In this document: one piece after another, positions 1 to 8,616 of the stretch
Layout of the letters: the number at the start of each line of letters is the position of its first letter
How positions within the stretch are numbered: position 1 is the first letter of the stretch
Source: Gemmatimonas sp.
GTDB lineage: Bacteria > Gemmatimonadota > Gemmatimonadetes > Gemmatimonadales > Gemmatimonadaceae
Assembly: GCA_965279375.1 (NCBI GenBank)
Contig: OZ257156.1
Span: 2,592,001 to 2,656,000 of the forward strand
Direction of reading: 5' to 3'
Length of the DNA: 64,000 bases
Program-made: the position numbers and the translations under genes
Notes under the pieces: generated by a model
Told to the model about the DNA's origin: nothing
The model's input: the letters and a program-made list of their open reading frames with translations, nothing else
The model's database searches: none

Positions 1-813
1 GCAGGTCGTGATGGCGGTGACGCGAGACTCACGCTGGCCGACTCGCTCACCGTCGAGCGTGGCACGTATCAGCTCAACCTTGGCATCGCGCGCCCGAGCT
101 TCGAAGTGGAGCGCGGCGTGGTGCGCTTCTTCGGCGACCCGGATCTTGAGCCGGCGCTCGACATCACGGCGCTGCACACGGTGCGTGAGACGCGCGCGAA
201 CTCCAATCGGCAGAACGTGCGCATTCGTGTGGCGATTGGCGGCACGCTCGATCGCCCGACGCTCGGGCTCACGAGCGCGGACAATCCACCGCTCCCCGAG
301 AGCGACATGCTCAGCTATCTCGTCACCGGCGAGCCGGCGTACGCGCTTCTGGGTAGCACTCCCTACGCCGAACAGGGAGCCACGCTCGCCCTGCGTCTGG
401 CGAGCAGCTACCTGTCCAGCCGGCTCGCCGGCGGCCGATTCGACGTGGTGCAGGTGGAGCCGACCGCGCTCGCTCCGGGAGAGGCAGCCAACCTGCGCGG
501 CAACGGCCTCGGCATCCTGGCGGCGACGCGCGTTGGACTCGGGGGACAAATCGCCCGCAACACCTATTTCACCTTCAGCACCGGCCTCTGCGGACTGGCG
601 CCGCAGTCGTCGGGCGGTGGCGATGCGCTCTCGCTGTTCGCGCGGGGGCTCGGTGCCAAGATCGAGCGCCGGTTCGATGGCGGGCGGTCGCTCTCGCTCG
701 GGTTGGAGCCGGGGTCGAGCGCGCAGGCGTGTGGTCGGCTGGGCATCTCTCGCACCTTCCAGCAGACCCCGACGCAGATCGGCTTCGACTTCTTCCGCAC
801 CTGGACCTTCTGA
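1..813 (+). CDS. tamB: Translocation and assembly module TamB-like protein, C-terminal part (5' truncated by window)
   Basis: Frame 1 is open from base 1. Has the TamB/DUF490-like pattern 'F.VERG.V.F.G.P...P.LDITA...V.IGGTL.RP.L.L.S...L...D.LSYLV.G' and ends in beta-strands with terminal Phe. Confidence 0.75.
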   Translation, partial: AGRDGGDARLTLADSLTVERGTYQLNLGIARPSFEVERGVVRFFGDPDLEPALDITALHTVRETRANSNRQNVRIRVAIGGTLDRPTLGLTSADNPPLPESDMLSYLVTGEPAYALLGSTPYAEQGATLALRLASSYLSSRLAGGRFDVVQVEPTALAPGEAANLRGNGLGILAATRVGLGGQIARNTYFTFSTGLCGLAPQSSGGGDALSLFARGLGAKIERRFDGGRSLSLGLEPGSSAQACGRLGISRTFQQTPTQIGFDFFRTWTF

Positions 814-879
814 GCGCGGCCGTTCCGAGGCGCGCCATGACTGTTTCGGCAGCGTCGGCCACTCGTCTTGAGATAGCCG

Positions 880-3800
880 ATGCATCACACGATCGACCCC
901 TACTCGCCCCAGGTGCCGCCTCCGCACGCCACCCCGCCTCAGGCCCACCCACCGCTCTCCGACGCGTTTGACGCGATCGATGCGGCTGGGCCGGCGGCTG
1001 CGCGTATTCGGGCGGCCGCGGACGTGCTGGTCGCGTTCGGGTTCGAGCATGTAGCGATCACGCTCCGCGACGCCGCCCTCGGCACCACGGTTGCGGTCAC
1101 GCTCGGCGTCTGCGAGCCGGGCGCTCCGATCAGTGAGGCGCTGCAGTCGCTTACAGGCGCGGTCTGGCGACGCCGACTCGCCTACCTCGAGCGGACGCAC
1201 TCCGGCGACGTGTACGTGCTGGACGGGACTGATCCCTGGGTGGCCCGCGAGTTCTTCGGGACCGACCCCGATACGCGCCTCGACACTACGCGCTGGATTT
1301 CCACCGACCTGTTGCTCGGACTTGTACGCGGTCACGAGCGCGAGCTGCTGGGCATCGTCACACTGGCTACGCCGAGGTCAGGAGAGCGCCCGAACGCCGA
1401 GATGCTGCGCGACCTGGCGACGATCGTGCGGCACTTGGGTGCACGAATCGCGTACGACGCATTGGGCGGGTTGGCCCAGCAGCGCGCGGAACGGTTGCAG
1501 CGTCTGCAGGAAGCCGGCGCCGCGTTGGCGCGCTCACTCGATGAGCACGAGATCATGCGTGAGCTCGCGCGACAGGCGCTGCGCGTCACGCGAGCCGACG
1601 GCGTGTCGATTTCGTTCCCGGACCTCAAGCAGGACATCCTGATCACGGCGCACTCGCAGGTGCGCGGCGTGGATCGGCAGCGTGGACCGTCGCGACTCGG
1701 CGATGGAATTATCGCCGAGGTCGCGCGCACTGGGCGGCCGGTGCGCGTGGGCGACCGTGAGGCAGATCGTGCGCGAGAGCGCGCCGGACTGTCGTTGCCG
1801 CTGTCGATGCACGACGTCGTTGGCGATGCGTCGCCCGCTGCGTCCGTGCTCGCGGTCCCGCTCATCGCGGGCATTCAGCTCGTCGGCGTGCTGGTCGTTT
1901 TCGCGGCGTCGCGCGAGGTGTACAGCGCGGAGGATCAGGAAGTACTGGCCACGATGGCCTCACAGGCGGCGACCGCGATTGCCAACGCGCGCCGCTACGC
2001 CGAGAGTGAGCGCGAGCGTCGGCAGACGGAAGCGCTGGCCGAAGTCGCGCGCGCGGTGAGCGAGTCGTTGCGCCTCGGCGAGGTGTTGCGGCTCATCCTG
2101 CGCCACGCCGTTGCGCTGCTTGGCGCCGAGGGTGCGTGCATCGCGCTCCGTCACGATGACTACCTGCATATCGTGGCTGCCGTTGGTGCGGCGGATGTGC
2201 TGGCGGGTGTGCACCTGCCGGTGGCAAACAGCCTGTTGGGGCACGCCGTCACGACGCACGAGCGTATCGTTTCCAACGACTTCCAGCTCAATCCCAACGC
2301 CAGTCGCGCGATTCTGCACCTCGCCGACATTCAGCGGACGGTCATTGCGCCGCTGGTGAGCGGTGAGGGGACGATCGGCGCGATCGCGGTCATCAATCGC
2401 GACGAGCCGTTCCGCGATGACGATGGTCGCATTCTGCAGCGGCTGGCGGACCATGTCGCCGTCGCCATCGTCAACGCGCGCCTCTTCGAGGAGGTCGAGC
2501 GCGCGACGCGCGAGTGGAAGCTCGCGTTCGATTCGATCGCCAGCGGTGTCGTGGTGCTCGACGAGTGGCGGAAGGTTCGTCGTTGCAACGCGCGCGCGGC
2601 CGAGTTGTGTGCCGGCACAATTGCGACGTTGCTGGGCGAGCGATTTGGTGAGGCGCTGCTGGGCGATGCGGGCGCCCGCGAGGATCATCCGCTGTCGATG
2701 CTCATCTCGCGGTCGCTGGAAGGCGAGCTGCCGGTACGCGATATCATCGTGGATGCGCGCAATGCGCGTCTCTTTGAAATTCTCGTGGCGCCCCATCCAG
2801 ACGGCTGTGTCGTCACGTTCGATGACGTGACGTCGGCGCACCGTCTTGCCGAGCAGCATCGTCGAGTGCTGGAGACCGTGACCGACGCCATCGTGATCAC
2901 CGGACTCGATGGGCGCATCGCGTTCGCCAATCCCGCGGCGCACGAGCTCTTCGCGCAGCCGGCATTGCTTGGCTCGCGGGCGAGCGAGTTTGTCGCGCCG
3001 GAGTCGCTGTCGTCGGTGCAGTCGTTCGAGCGCAAATCGCGCGCGGGTGCGACGCAAAGCTACGAATGCACCGTGCTGCGCTCGGATGGCGCCAAGCGAC
3101 TCGTGGCGGTCAGCAGTGCGCCGCTGGTGGAAGTGGGCAAGGTCACGGGAACGGTCGCCAGTCTGCGCGATCTCACCGACCAACGAGCGGAGGCGCTGGC
3201 GCTCGCGCGGTCGGAATCTCGCTATCAGCAGCTCGTCGAGTCGGCGAGCGATGCGATCTTCACGGTGGACGTTCAGGGCAACTTTACGTCAGTGAATCAG
3301 GCGATGCTGACCGAGTCTGGGCTCACGCGCGAGGAGCTCATCGGCGTGTCCTGCACGTCGCTGGTGGACGCACTGGATGTGCCAGCCGTCGAGCGATTGG
3401 TCGCACACATTTTTGCGGGCGGCAAGGATCGGCTGGAGCTTCGCTTCCGGTCGCGCGGTGGTGCGATGCGCGTTGGCACCGTCACGACCGCACCGATTCT
3501 CGAGGACGGCGTAGTGGTCGGCGCCTTGGGCATCCTTCGCGACATCACCGAACAGGAGATCTCTCGCGAGTCGTCGGCGCAGCAGGAGCGCCTCGCCTCA
3601 GTGGGGCGCATGCTGAGTGGTGTGGCCAACGAATTGAACAATCCGCTGGCGAGTTTGCTCGCCGTGGCGGAGCTCGAAGCGGCTACAATGGCGCCGCAGG
3701 CGTCGCATCAGCCGGTCATCGCGCAGATTCTCGACGAAGCGCAGCGCGCATCCCGGATTGTAGCGCAGCTGCTCGAGTCTACAGTCAGCGGCGGCGCGGA

Positions 3801-4698
3801 GCGCGGCGCGGTGGACTTGAATCGCATTGTCCGCGGTGTGCTGGACTTGCACGGCTTCCATTTCCGCGTGCACTCCATCGATATCGAGCTCGAACTTGCT
3901 GCTGCGCTGCCGACGATCTCGGTCGATGCGGTCGCGATGCAGCAAGTGATCCTCAATCTGCTGGCCAACGCCGAGGAAGCGCTGCGGGATTGGCACGGTC
4001 CTCGCACCGTTCGCGTGGAATCGCGGCATGAAGGTGAGCAACTGTTGCTGTCGGTGCGCGACACGGGTCCGGGCATCAGCGCCGACCCGCATGGTCGCGT
4101 CTTCGAACCGATGTTCAGCACGCGTGGCGTGCGCGGTCGCGGCTTCGGGCTCACGGTTGCACGAGCGATCGTGGAACGGCACGGCGGCTCGCTGCGTGCG
4201 GAGTCCACCGCAGGGCAGGGCGCCACCTTCACGCTCGCGCTGCCGGTAGCCGCGACGCAAGGATCGTCCACGTTCACCAGCGGCGGTCATCGTGCAGTTC
4301 CGCCGGTCCCGTCTCGCCGGTTGCTGCTCATCGAGGACGAGGCCACGTTGCGGGCGGCGATCAGTCGCTACCTCACGCGCGATGGCTATCATGTCGATGT
4401 GGCCGCCGGTGGTCGCGAGGCGCTCGCGTTGCTGGAAACGCAACGCTACGATCTCATTCTGCTGGATCTGCGCATGCAGGACATGCCGGGCGACGAGGTG
4501 TATCGGGCCATCGAGGCGATGGACATCGAGCAAGCGCATCAGGTGCTGTTCATCACCGGAGACCTGCATCGGCAGGAGGCGGCAGACTTCGTGCGCAGCA
4601 CCGGCCGCTCCGCACTCGCCAAGCCGTTCCAGTTGGCCGAGCTCGAAGCCCGCATCGTTCAGCTCATCGAACCATCCGACCCAGGGCAGTCTGCATGA
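880..4698 (+). CDS. Hybrid sensor: multiple GAF + PAS domains, HisKA-like/HATPase, C-terminal receiver; H-box His replaced by Asn
   Basis: GAF motifs (LAVPL..G..GVL, IAPL..GAIAV), PAS (DAIVITGLDGRIAFAN, DAIFTVD.QG..VN), N-box QVILNLLANA, G1 DTGPGI, receiver LLIEDE...DLILLD...KPF. Confidence 0.9.
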   Translation: MHHTIDPYSPQVPPPHATPPQAHPPLSDAFDAIDAAGPAAARIRAAADVLVAFGFEHVAITLRDAALGTTVAVTLGVCEPGAPISEALQSLTGAVWRRRLAYLERTHSGDVYVLDGTDPWVAREFFGTDPDTRLDTTRWISTDLLLGLVRGHERELLGIVTLATPRSGERPNAEMLRDLATIVRHLGARIAYDALGGLAQQRAERLQRLQEAGAALARSLDEHEIMRELARQALRVTRADGVSISFPDLKQDILITAHSQVRGVDRQRGPSRLGDGIIAEVARTGRPVRVGDREADRARERAGLSLPLSMHDVVGDASPAASVLAVPLIAGIQLVGVLVVFAASREVYSAEDQEVLATMASQAATAIANARRYAESERERRQTEALAEVARAVSESLRLGEVLRLILRHAVALLGAEGACIALRHDDYLHIVAAVGAADVLAGVHLPVANSLLGHAVTTHERIVSNDFQLNPNASRAILHLADIQRTVIAPLVSGEGTIGAIAVINRDEPFRDDDGRILQRLADHVAVAIVNARLFEEVERATREWKLAFDSIASGVVVLDEWRKVRRCNARAAELCAGTIATLLGERFGEALLGDAGAREDHPLSMLISRSLEGELPVRDIIVDARNARLFEILVAPHPDGCVVTFDDVTSAHRLAEQHRRVLETVTDAIVITGLDGRIAFANPAAHELFAQPALLGSRASEFVAPESLSSVQSFERKSRAGATQSYECTVLRSDGAKRLVAVSSAPLVEVGKVTGTVASLRDLTDQRAEALALARSESRYQQLVESASDAIFTVDVQGNFTSVNQAMLTESGLTREELIGVSCTSLVDALDVPAVERLVAHIFAGGKDRLELRFRSRGGAMRVGTVTTAPILEDGVVVGALGILRDITEQEISRESSAQQERLASVGRMLSGVANELNNPLASLLAVAELEAATMAPQASHQPVIAQILDEAQRASRIVAQLLESTVSGGAERGAVDLNRIVRGVLDLHGFHFRVHSIDIELELAAALPTISVDAVAMQQVILNLLANAEEALRDWHGPRTVRVESRHEGEQLLLSVRDTGPGISADPHGRVFEPMFSTRGVRGRGFGLTVARAIVERHGGSLRAESTAGQGATFTLALPVAATQGSSTFTSGGHRAVPPVPSRRLLLIEDEATLRAAISRYLTRDGYHVDVAAGGREALALLETQRYDLILLDLRMQDMPGDEVYRAIEAMDIEQAHQVLFITGDLHRQEAADFVRSTGRSALAKPFQLAELEARIVQLIEPSDPGQSA

Positions 4699-5474
4699 CG
4701 CTCATGCCTTCCGCATGCAGCACAGGCGTCGCGACGCGCACGGTGCGCGCTGCCGTCGCGCCGCTTTTCGGCGAGCCGCGCATCAGCGCCTCCATGACGT
4801 CGCAACTGCTCGCCGGAGCGATGCTGACGGTGCTCGAAGACGGCGGTGACTGGCTGCGCGTGCGTGGCGCGGACGACTACGAAGGCTGGACGCACATCGG
4901 CTATCTCGCGACAAGTCGCGGTGACGAGTCCACGTGGCGCCTGTCGCTGGGTTGCACGGTGCGCGAACACGACGGTACCTCGCGCGCGCTGCCGCTGGGG
5001 GCGCGCCTGCATCCCGAGAGCGTGCTGCTACACGGTGACGCCATCACGGCCGAAGAGCAGCCGCATCGCTTTGCGCGAACGCCCGCGGCCATCGCAGCGA
5101 GCGCTGAACGACGCTTCGAGGGGTCGAGCTACCTGTGGGGCGGCGTTACACCATGGGGATGTGACTGCTCCGGCTTCGTGCAGCAGGTATATGCACTGCA
5201 CGGCGTCGCACTGCCACGCGACGCGTGGCAGCAGGCGCTGCTGGGTGACGCGGTGGCGCTCGGCGATCTCACGACACTCTCGCCGGCTGACCTGCTCTTC
5301 TTCTCAGACCGAGACGATCGGCGCGTGACGCACGTGGGCGTTGCGCTGAGCGATGGACAGATGGCGCACAGCGCACTCCGTCGCGGCGGCATCGCGATCG
5401 AGGCATTGGGCACCGACGATCCCTACGTCGCGCGTCTGCGCGTGCAGTGCACCGGCGTCCGACGGCTCCTGTAG
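4695..5474 (+). CDS. SH3-like + NlpC/P60 (C40) peptidoglycan peptidase
   Basis: YLWGG..P.G.DCSG...LPRDA.QQ...DLLFF...HVG...H motifs; ATGA overlap with the upstream gene. Confidence 0.9.
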   Translation: MTLMPSACSTGVATRTVRAAVAPLFGEPRISASMTSQLLAGAMLTVLEDGGDWLRVRGADDYEGWTHIGYLATSRGDESTWRLSLGCTVREHDGTSRALPLGARLHPESVLLHGDAITAEEQPHRFARTPAAIAASAERRFEGSSYLWGGVTPWGCDCSGFVQQVYALHGVALPRDAWQQALLGDAVALGDLTTLSPADLLFFSDRDDRRVTHVGVALSDGQMAHSALRRGGIAIEALGTDDPYVARLRVQCTGVRRLL

Positions 5475-5527
5475 TCTGATGGCCTCTCTGTCACGCGCGC
5501 CGAGCACCGGGCCGCGCGTGACAGCTG

Positions 5528-5959
5528 CTAGCTGACCATCTGGCCTGCGGCAGGAGGGACCGTCGGCGCGACACCGCCGCGAACGTGCAGCAGCGCGGAC
5601 GCATGGCGGTGGTTCCCCAGATCGACATGCATCGTGTAGTCCCCCGGCACGTCGAGCGGCAGATCGAGCTGCACGATGATCGGCATGTCCATCTCGCCCT
5701 GTTGACCGGGCGCCGCGTTGATCGCCAGCTCCGCGGTGGACGACCAGAGCTCGACACCCTTGGGATTCATCCAGCGAAGCGACAGCGGGTAGGCCCCCGC
5801 TTCGGTCGTGGCCGCCTTGATGCGCACGACGAACGTGGCGCGCGGATGCAGGGCGGGAAATTGACCGACGTGCACGGCGTCGAAGACGCCGAGGACATTG
5901 AGCTTGCCTTCCTGCGAGAGGTTGGCTGCATCAGCGAAGAGCGCGAAGGAAACATGCAT
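5528..5959 (-). CDS. Conserved hypothetical beta-sandwich protein (DUF6941-like)
   Basis: Pattern 'ADAA....GKLN.LG.FD......P..H...PG.Y'. Confidence 0.65.
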   Translation of the reverse strand: MHVSFALFADAANLSQEGKLNVLGVFDAVHVGQFPALHPRATFVVRIKAATTEAGAYPLSLRWMNPKGVELWSSTAELAINAAPGQQGEMDMPIIVQLDLPLDVPGDYTMHVDLGNHRHASALLHVRGGVAPTVPPAAGQMVS

Positions 5960-6004
5960 GGCGGGAAGCTACACCCTTGGGGGATCGCCTGCCTAGTTTT
6001 CGGG

Positions 6005-7015
6005 ATGTCATCCGCCGCCTCCTCAATCGCCGCTGAATCCTCCGCAGACGCGGCACCCTCGACGAGCGGCGCGAACGGAAACGGCACGCCAGCACGCGCG
6101 GCTTTCGGTGCGACGGACCTCGGCCTGATTCTGATGGCCACGATCTGGGGCGTGAACTACAGCGTCGTGAAGGTGGGACTGCAGGCCATGTCCCCGATCA
6201 CCTTCGGTGGCCTGCGCGTGCTGCTGGCGGCGGTGGTGTTGGCGTGCATCGCGGCGGCGACGCGTGCGCCGCTCCCTTCACGGCGAGATGTCTTCGCCCT
6301 GATGGGGCTCGGCTTGATCGGCAATGGCGTCTACCAACTGCTGTTCCTGATCGGCATGTCGCGCACGCCCGCAGGTGTGGCGGCGCTTCTGGTGGCCGCG
6401 AGCCCCGCCTACATCGCCATCATTCAGCGGCTGCTCGGACGCGAGCGACTCCCGATGCGCGGCTGGGTGGGCATCGCATTGCAGCTGTTGGGCGTGGCGT
6501 GCGTGGCCGGCAGCACACATGGAACGTCCACAAGCGGCGGCAACGCATTGCTGGGCACTGCCTTCATCGCGGCGGGCAGCATCACGTGGGCAGTCTTCAC
6601 CGTGTTCCTGCAGCCGTACACATCGCGAGTCCACCCGTTTCAGCTCTCGTCCATCACACTCGCCAGCGGCGCCGTGCTGTGCATGACCGTAGCCGCGCCG
6701 GGACTGCTCGCACTGAACTGGGGCGCCGTGCCGTTCAACGCGTGGTGGGCGATGCTGTACGCCAGCGTGGCATCGATGGTGATCGCCTATTTGCTCTACT
6801 ATCACGGCATTCGCGTGCTCGGAGCGACGCGCACCGCCGTGTACGCCAACCTGCAGCCGCTCATCGCACTCGCGGTGGCCGCCATCATGCTCAGCGAACG
6901 CCCAACCGGCTGGCAGCTGCTTGGCGCGACGCTCATCATGGGTGGATTGCTGATGTCCCGCACCGCGCGTGTCACGCCGACACCGGTGCGCTCCTCTGTC
7001 CCGGATCGTTCGTGA
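6005..7015 (+). CDS. DMT/EamA family transporter
   Basis: 'IWG.N....K' motif, about 10 TM helices in two EamA repeats; ATG chosen at 6005. Confidence 0.9.
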   Translation: MSSAASSIAAESSADAAPSTSGANGNGTPARAAFGATDLGLILMATIWGVNYSVVKVGLQAMSPITFGGLRVLLAAVVLACIAAATRAPLPSRRDVFALMGLGLIGNGVYQLLFLIGMSRTPAGVAALLVAASPAYIAIIQRLLGRERLPMRGWVGIALQLLGVACVAGSTHGTSTSGGNALLGTAFIAAGSITWAVFTVFLQPYTSRVHPFQLSSITLASGAVLCMTVAAPGLLALNWGAVPFNAWWAMLYASVASMVIAYLLYYHGIRVLGATRTAVYANLQPLIALAVAAIMLSERPTGWQLLGATLIMGGLLMSRTARVTPTPVRSSVPDRS

Positions 7016-7701
7016 AGCTCGTTCTGTTCGACATCGATGGCACGTTGCTCTGGACCGACGGCGCCGGCCGTCGCGCCATGGAAGGCGCACTCACCGAGTG
7101 CTTCGGTGTCCCGGGCGATCCGACGTATCGCTACGACGGCAAAACGGATCGGCAGATTGCGCGAGAACAGATGCGCGCGGCCGGATTCGACGATGCCACC
7201 ATCGATCTGCGCATGACCGATCTGCTGCATGCCTATGCGGTGCGATTGCAGCAGTCGCTCGAGAGCGACAGCAGCGCCGCGCGCCTCTGCAGCGGCGTGC
7301 ATCCGCTGCTCGATGCGCTCGACGCGCACGACGGCGCGGAGTTGGGTCTGCTGACCGGCAACATCGAACTGGGTGCCCGACACAAGCTGCGTGCGGTGGG
7401 ATTGGAGTTCACGCGATTTCGCGTCAACGCCTTTGGCTCCGACCACGAGGAGCGTCCGCAGCTTCCCTCCGTCGCGCAGCGTCGCGCGCGCGACGTGATG
7501 GGGCTCGACCTCACTGGCCACGGACTCGTCATCATCGGCGACACGCCGGCTGACATCCACTGCGGCCGTTCGTTAGGCGTGCGGGCGATTGGCGTGGCCA
7601 CGGGGCGCTACAGCGTGGATGATCTGGCGGCGCACAGCCCGCATGCAGTCTTCCCCACGCTCGACGACACCGACGCGGTGCTCGCCGCGATTCTGGCCTG
7701 A
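7012..7701 (+). CDS. HAD family hydrolase
   Basis: Motif I LFDIDGTL, LLTGN, IIGDTPADI; GTGA overlap. Confidence 0.9.
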   Translation: MKLVLFDIDGTLLWTDGAGRRAMEGALTECFGVPGDPTYRYDGKTDRQIAREQMRAAGFDDATIDLRMTDLLHAYAVRLQQSLESDSSAARLCSGVHPLLDALDAHDGAELGLLTGNIELGARHKLRAVGLEFTRFRVNAFGSDHEERPQLPSVAQRRARDVMGLDLTGHGLVIIGDTPADIHCGRSLGVRAIGVATGRYSVDDLAAHSPHAVFPTLDDTDAVLAAILA

Positions 7702-7712
7702 CGCGCCCGATC

Positions 7713-8411
7713 GTGACCTACGCGAGCACGCAGGTGCAGGTGGTGGGCATCGTTCGCGGCCGCGAGGTCAACGCGCGCGCCGACGTGTCACTCGAGACCG
7801 ACGCGCTCGTGATCAGCTGGGCGCAGGCGACGCCGTGGCGCATCGCCTACGACGGCCTCGATGGCGTGGCGCACGGTGCGACGCAGCTCACGCTCTATCT
7901 CTCGAGCGGCGACGTGCTCGAACTCGATGGGGATGACAGTGTGCGCGGGCTCGCGTTGCAGCTCATCGATCGCGCGTGCACGATGCCGGAGCTCACGCGC
8001 GGCCTGCGCTCGCTCGGCTCGCGACGCGGGGCACCCGGTGCGGCGCACGACGCGTGGTTCGGGCCGTTGCTTGCGGCGCGGCGCGCAGTGGAAGGCGTCA
8101 GTGATGCGCAGCGTCAGCTGTTGCTGATCGATGGGGCGCAGCTCGGGCGTAACATGCAGCGCGCGATGGAAGAACTCGCGGCGCTCTCCGCGCCCGGCGA
8201 TGACGCTCGTCAGCGCGCCATCGAGGCGGCGATCGAGGAAGACGCGATCGATATGTTCGTCGCTCTGCAGCGACTCGCGCTCACGGCCGAAGCACTGCGT
8301 GGGAGTGCGCTCGATACGCGCTTCGCCGATTGGCGCCGCTGGGTGGACGCGTTACGCGAAGTGTTCGCTGAGGCTGATGAAGCCTGGGGGCGGTGCAGCA
8401 AGCTGCTCTAG
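7713..8411 (+). CDS. Hypothetical protein (beta-rich N-terminus, helical C-terminus)
   Basis: 232-aa ORF with protein-like composition, co-oriented 11 bp after the HAD gene. Confidence 0.65.
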   Translation: MTYASTQVQVVGIVRGREVNARADVSLETDALVISWAQATPWRIAYDGLDGVAHGATQLTLYLSSGDVLELDGDDSVRGLALQLIDRACTMPELTRGLRSLGSRRGAPGAAHDAWFGPLLAARRAVEGVSDAQRQLLLIDGAQLGRNMQRAMEELAALSAPGDDARQRAIEAAIEEDAIDMFVALQRLALTAEALRGSALDTRFADWRRWVDALREVFAEADEAWGRCSKLL

Positions 8412-8446
8412 TAAGCTGCTCTAGCAAGCTGCTCTAGCGAGCTGCT
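8399..8446. repeat. 13-bp tandem repeat (C/T)AAGCTGCTCTAG x3 plus a partial copy
   Basis: Units at 8399, 8412, 8425 and a partial at 8438; the first unit contains the TAG stop of the 7713-8411 ORF. Confidence 0.9.
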
Positions 8447-8459
8447 TTCGTACTCGCCT

Positions 8460-8597
8460 CTAGTGACCGCAGCCGCAGTCGCTGCCGCAACCAGACTTTG
8501 GCTTGCGCGCGGCCGCGAACGAGCGCCACGCGCGCATCGCGACGAATGCCGCTGCGGCCAACACGATCGTGCCGGTGATGATCAGGTCCGTGGTCAT
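8460..8597 (-). CDS. FeoB-associated Cys-rich small membrane protein (45 aa)
   Basis: MTTDLIITGTIVLAAAAFVAMRAWRSF...GCGSDCGCGH directly downstream of feoB. Confidence 0.8.
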   Translation of the reverse strand: MTTDLIITGTIVLAAAAFVAMRAWRSFAAARKPKSGCGSDCGCGH

Positions 8598-8616
8598 GCT
8601 CGGATTCCCCTCTGCA

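Noticed and set aside
8399..8446. Short repeats as a CRISPR array (also 36152-36203 and 24361-24504)
   Set aside because: The units are contiguous with no spacers, and no cas genes are present.
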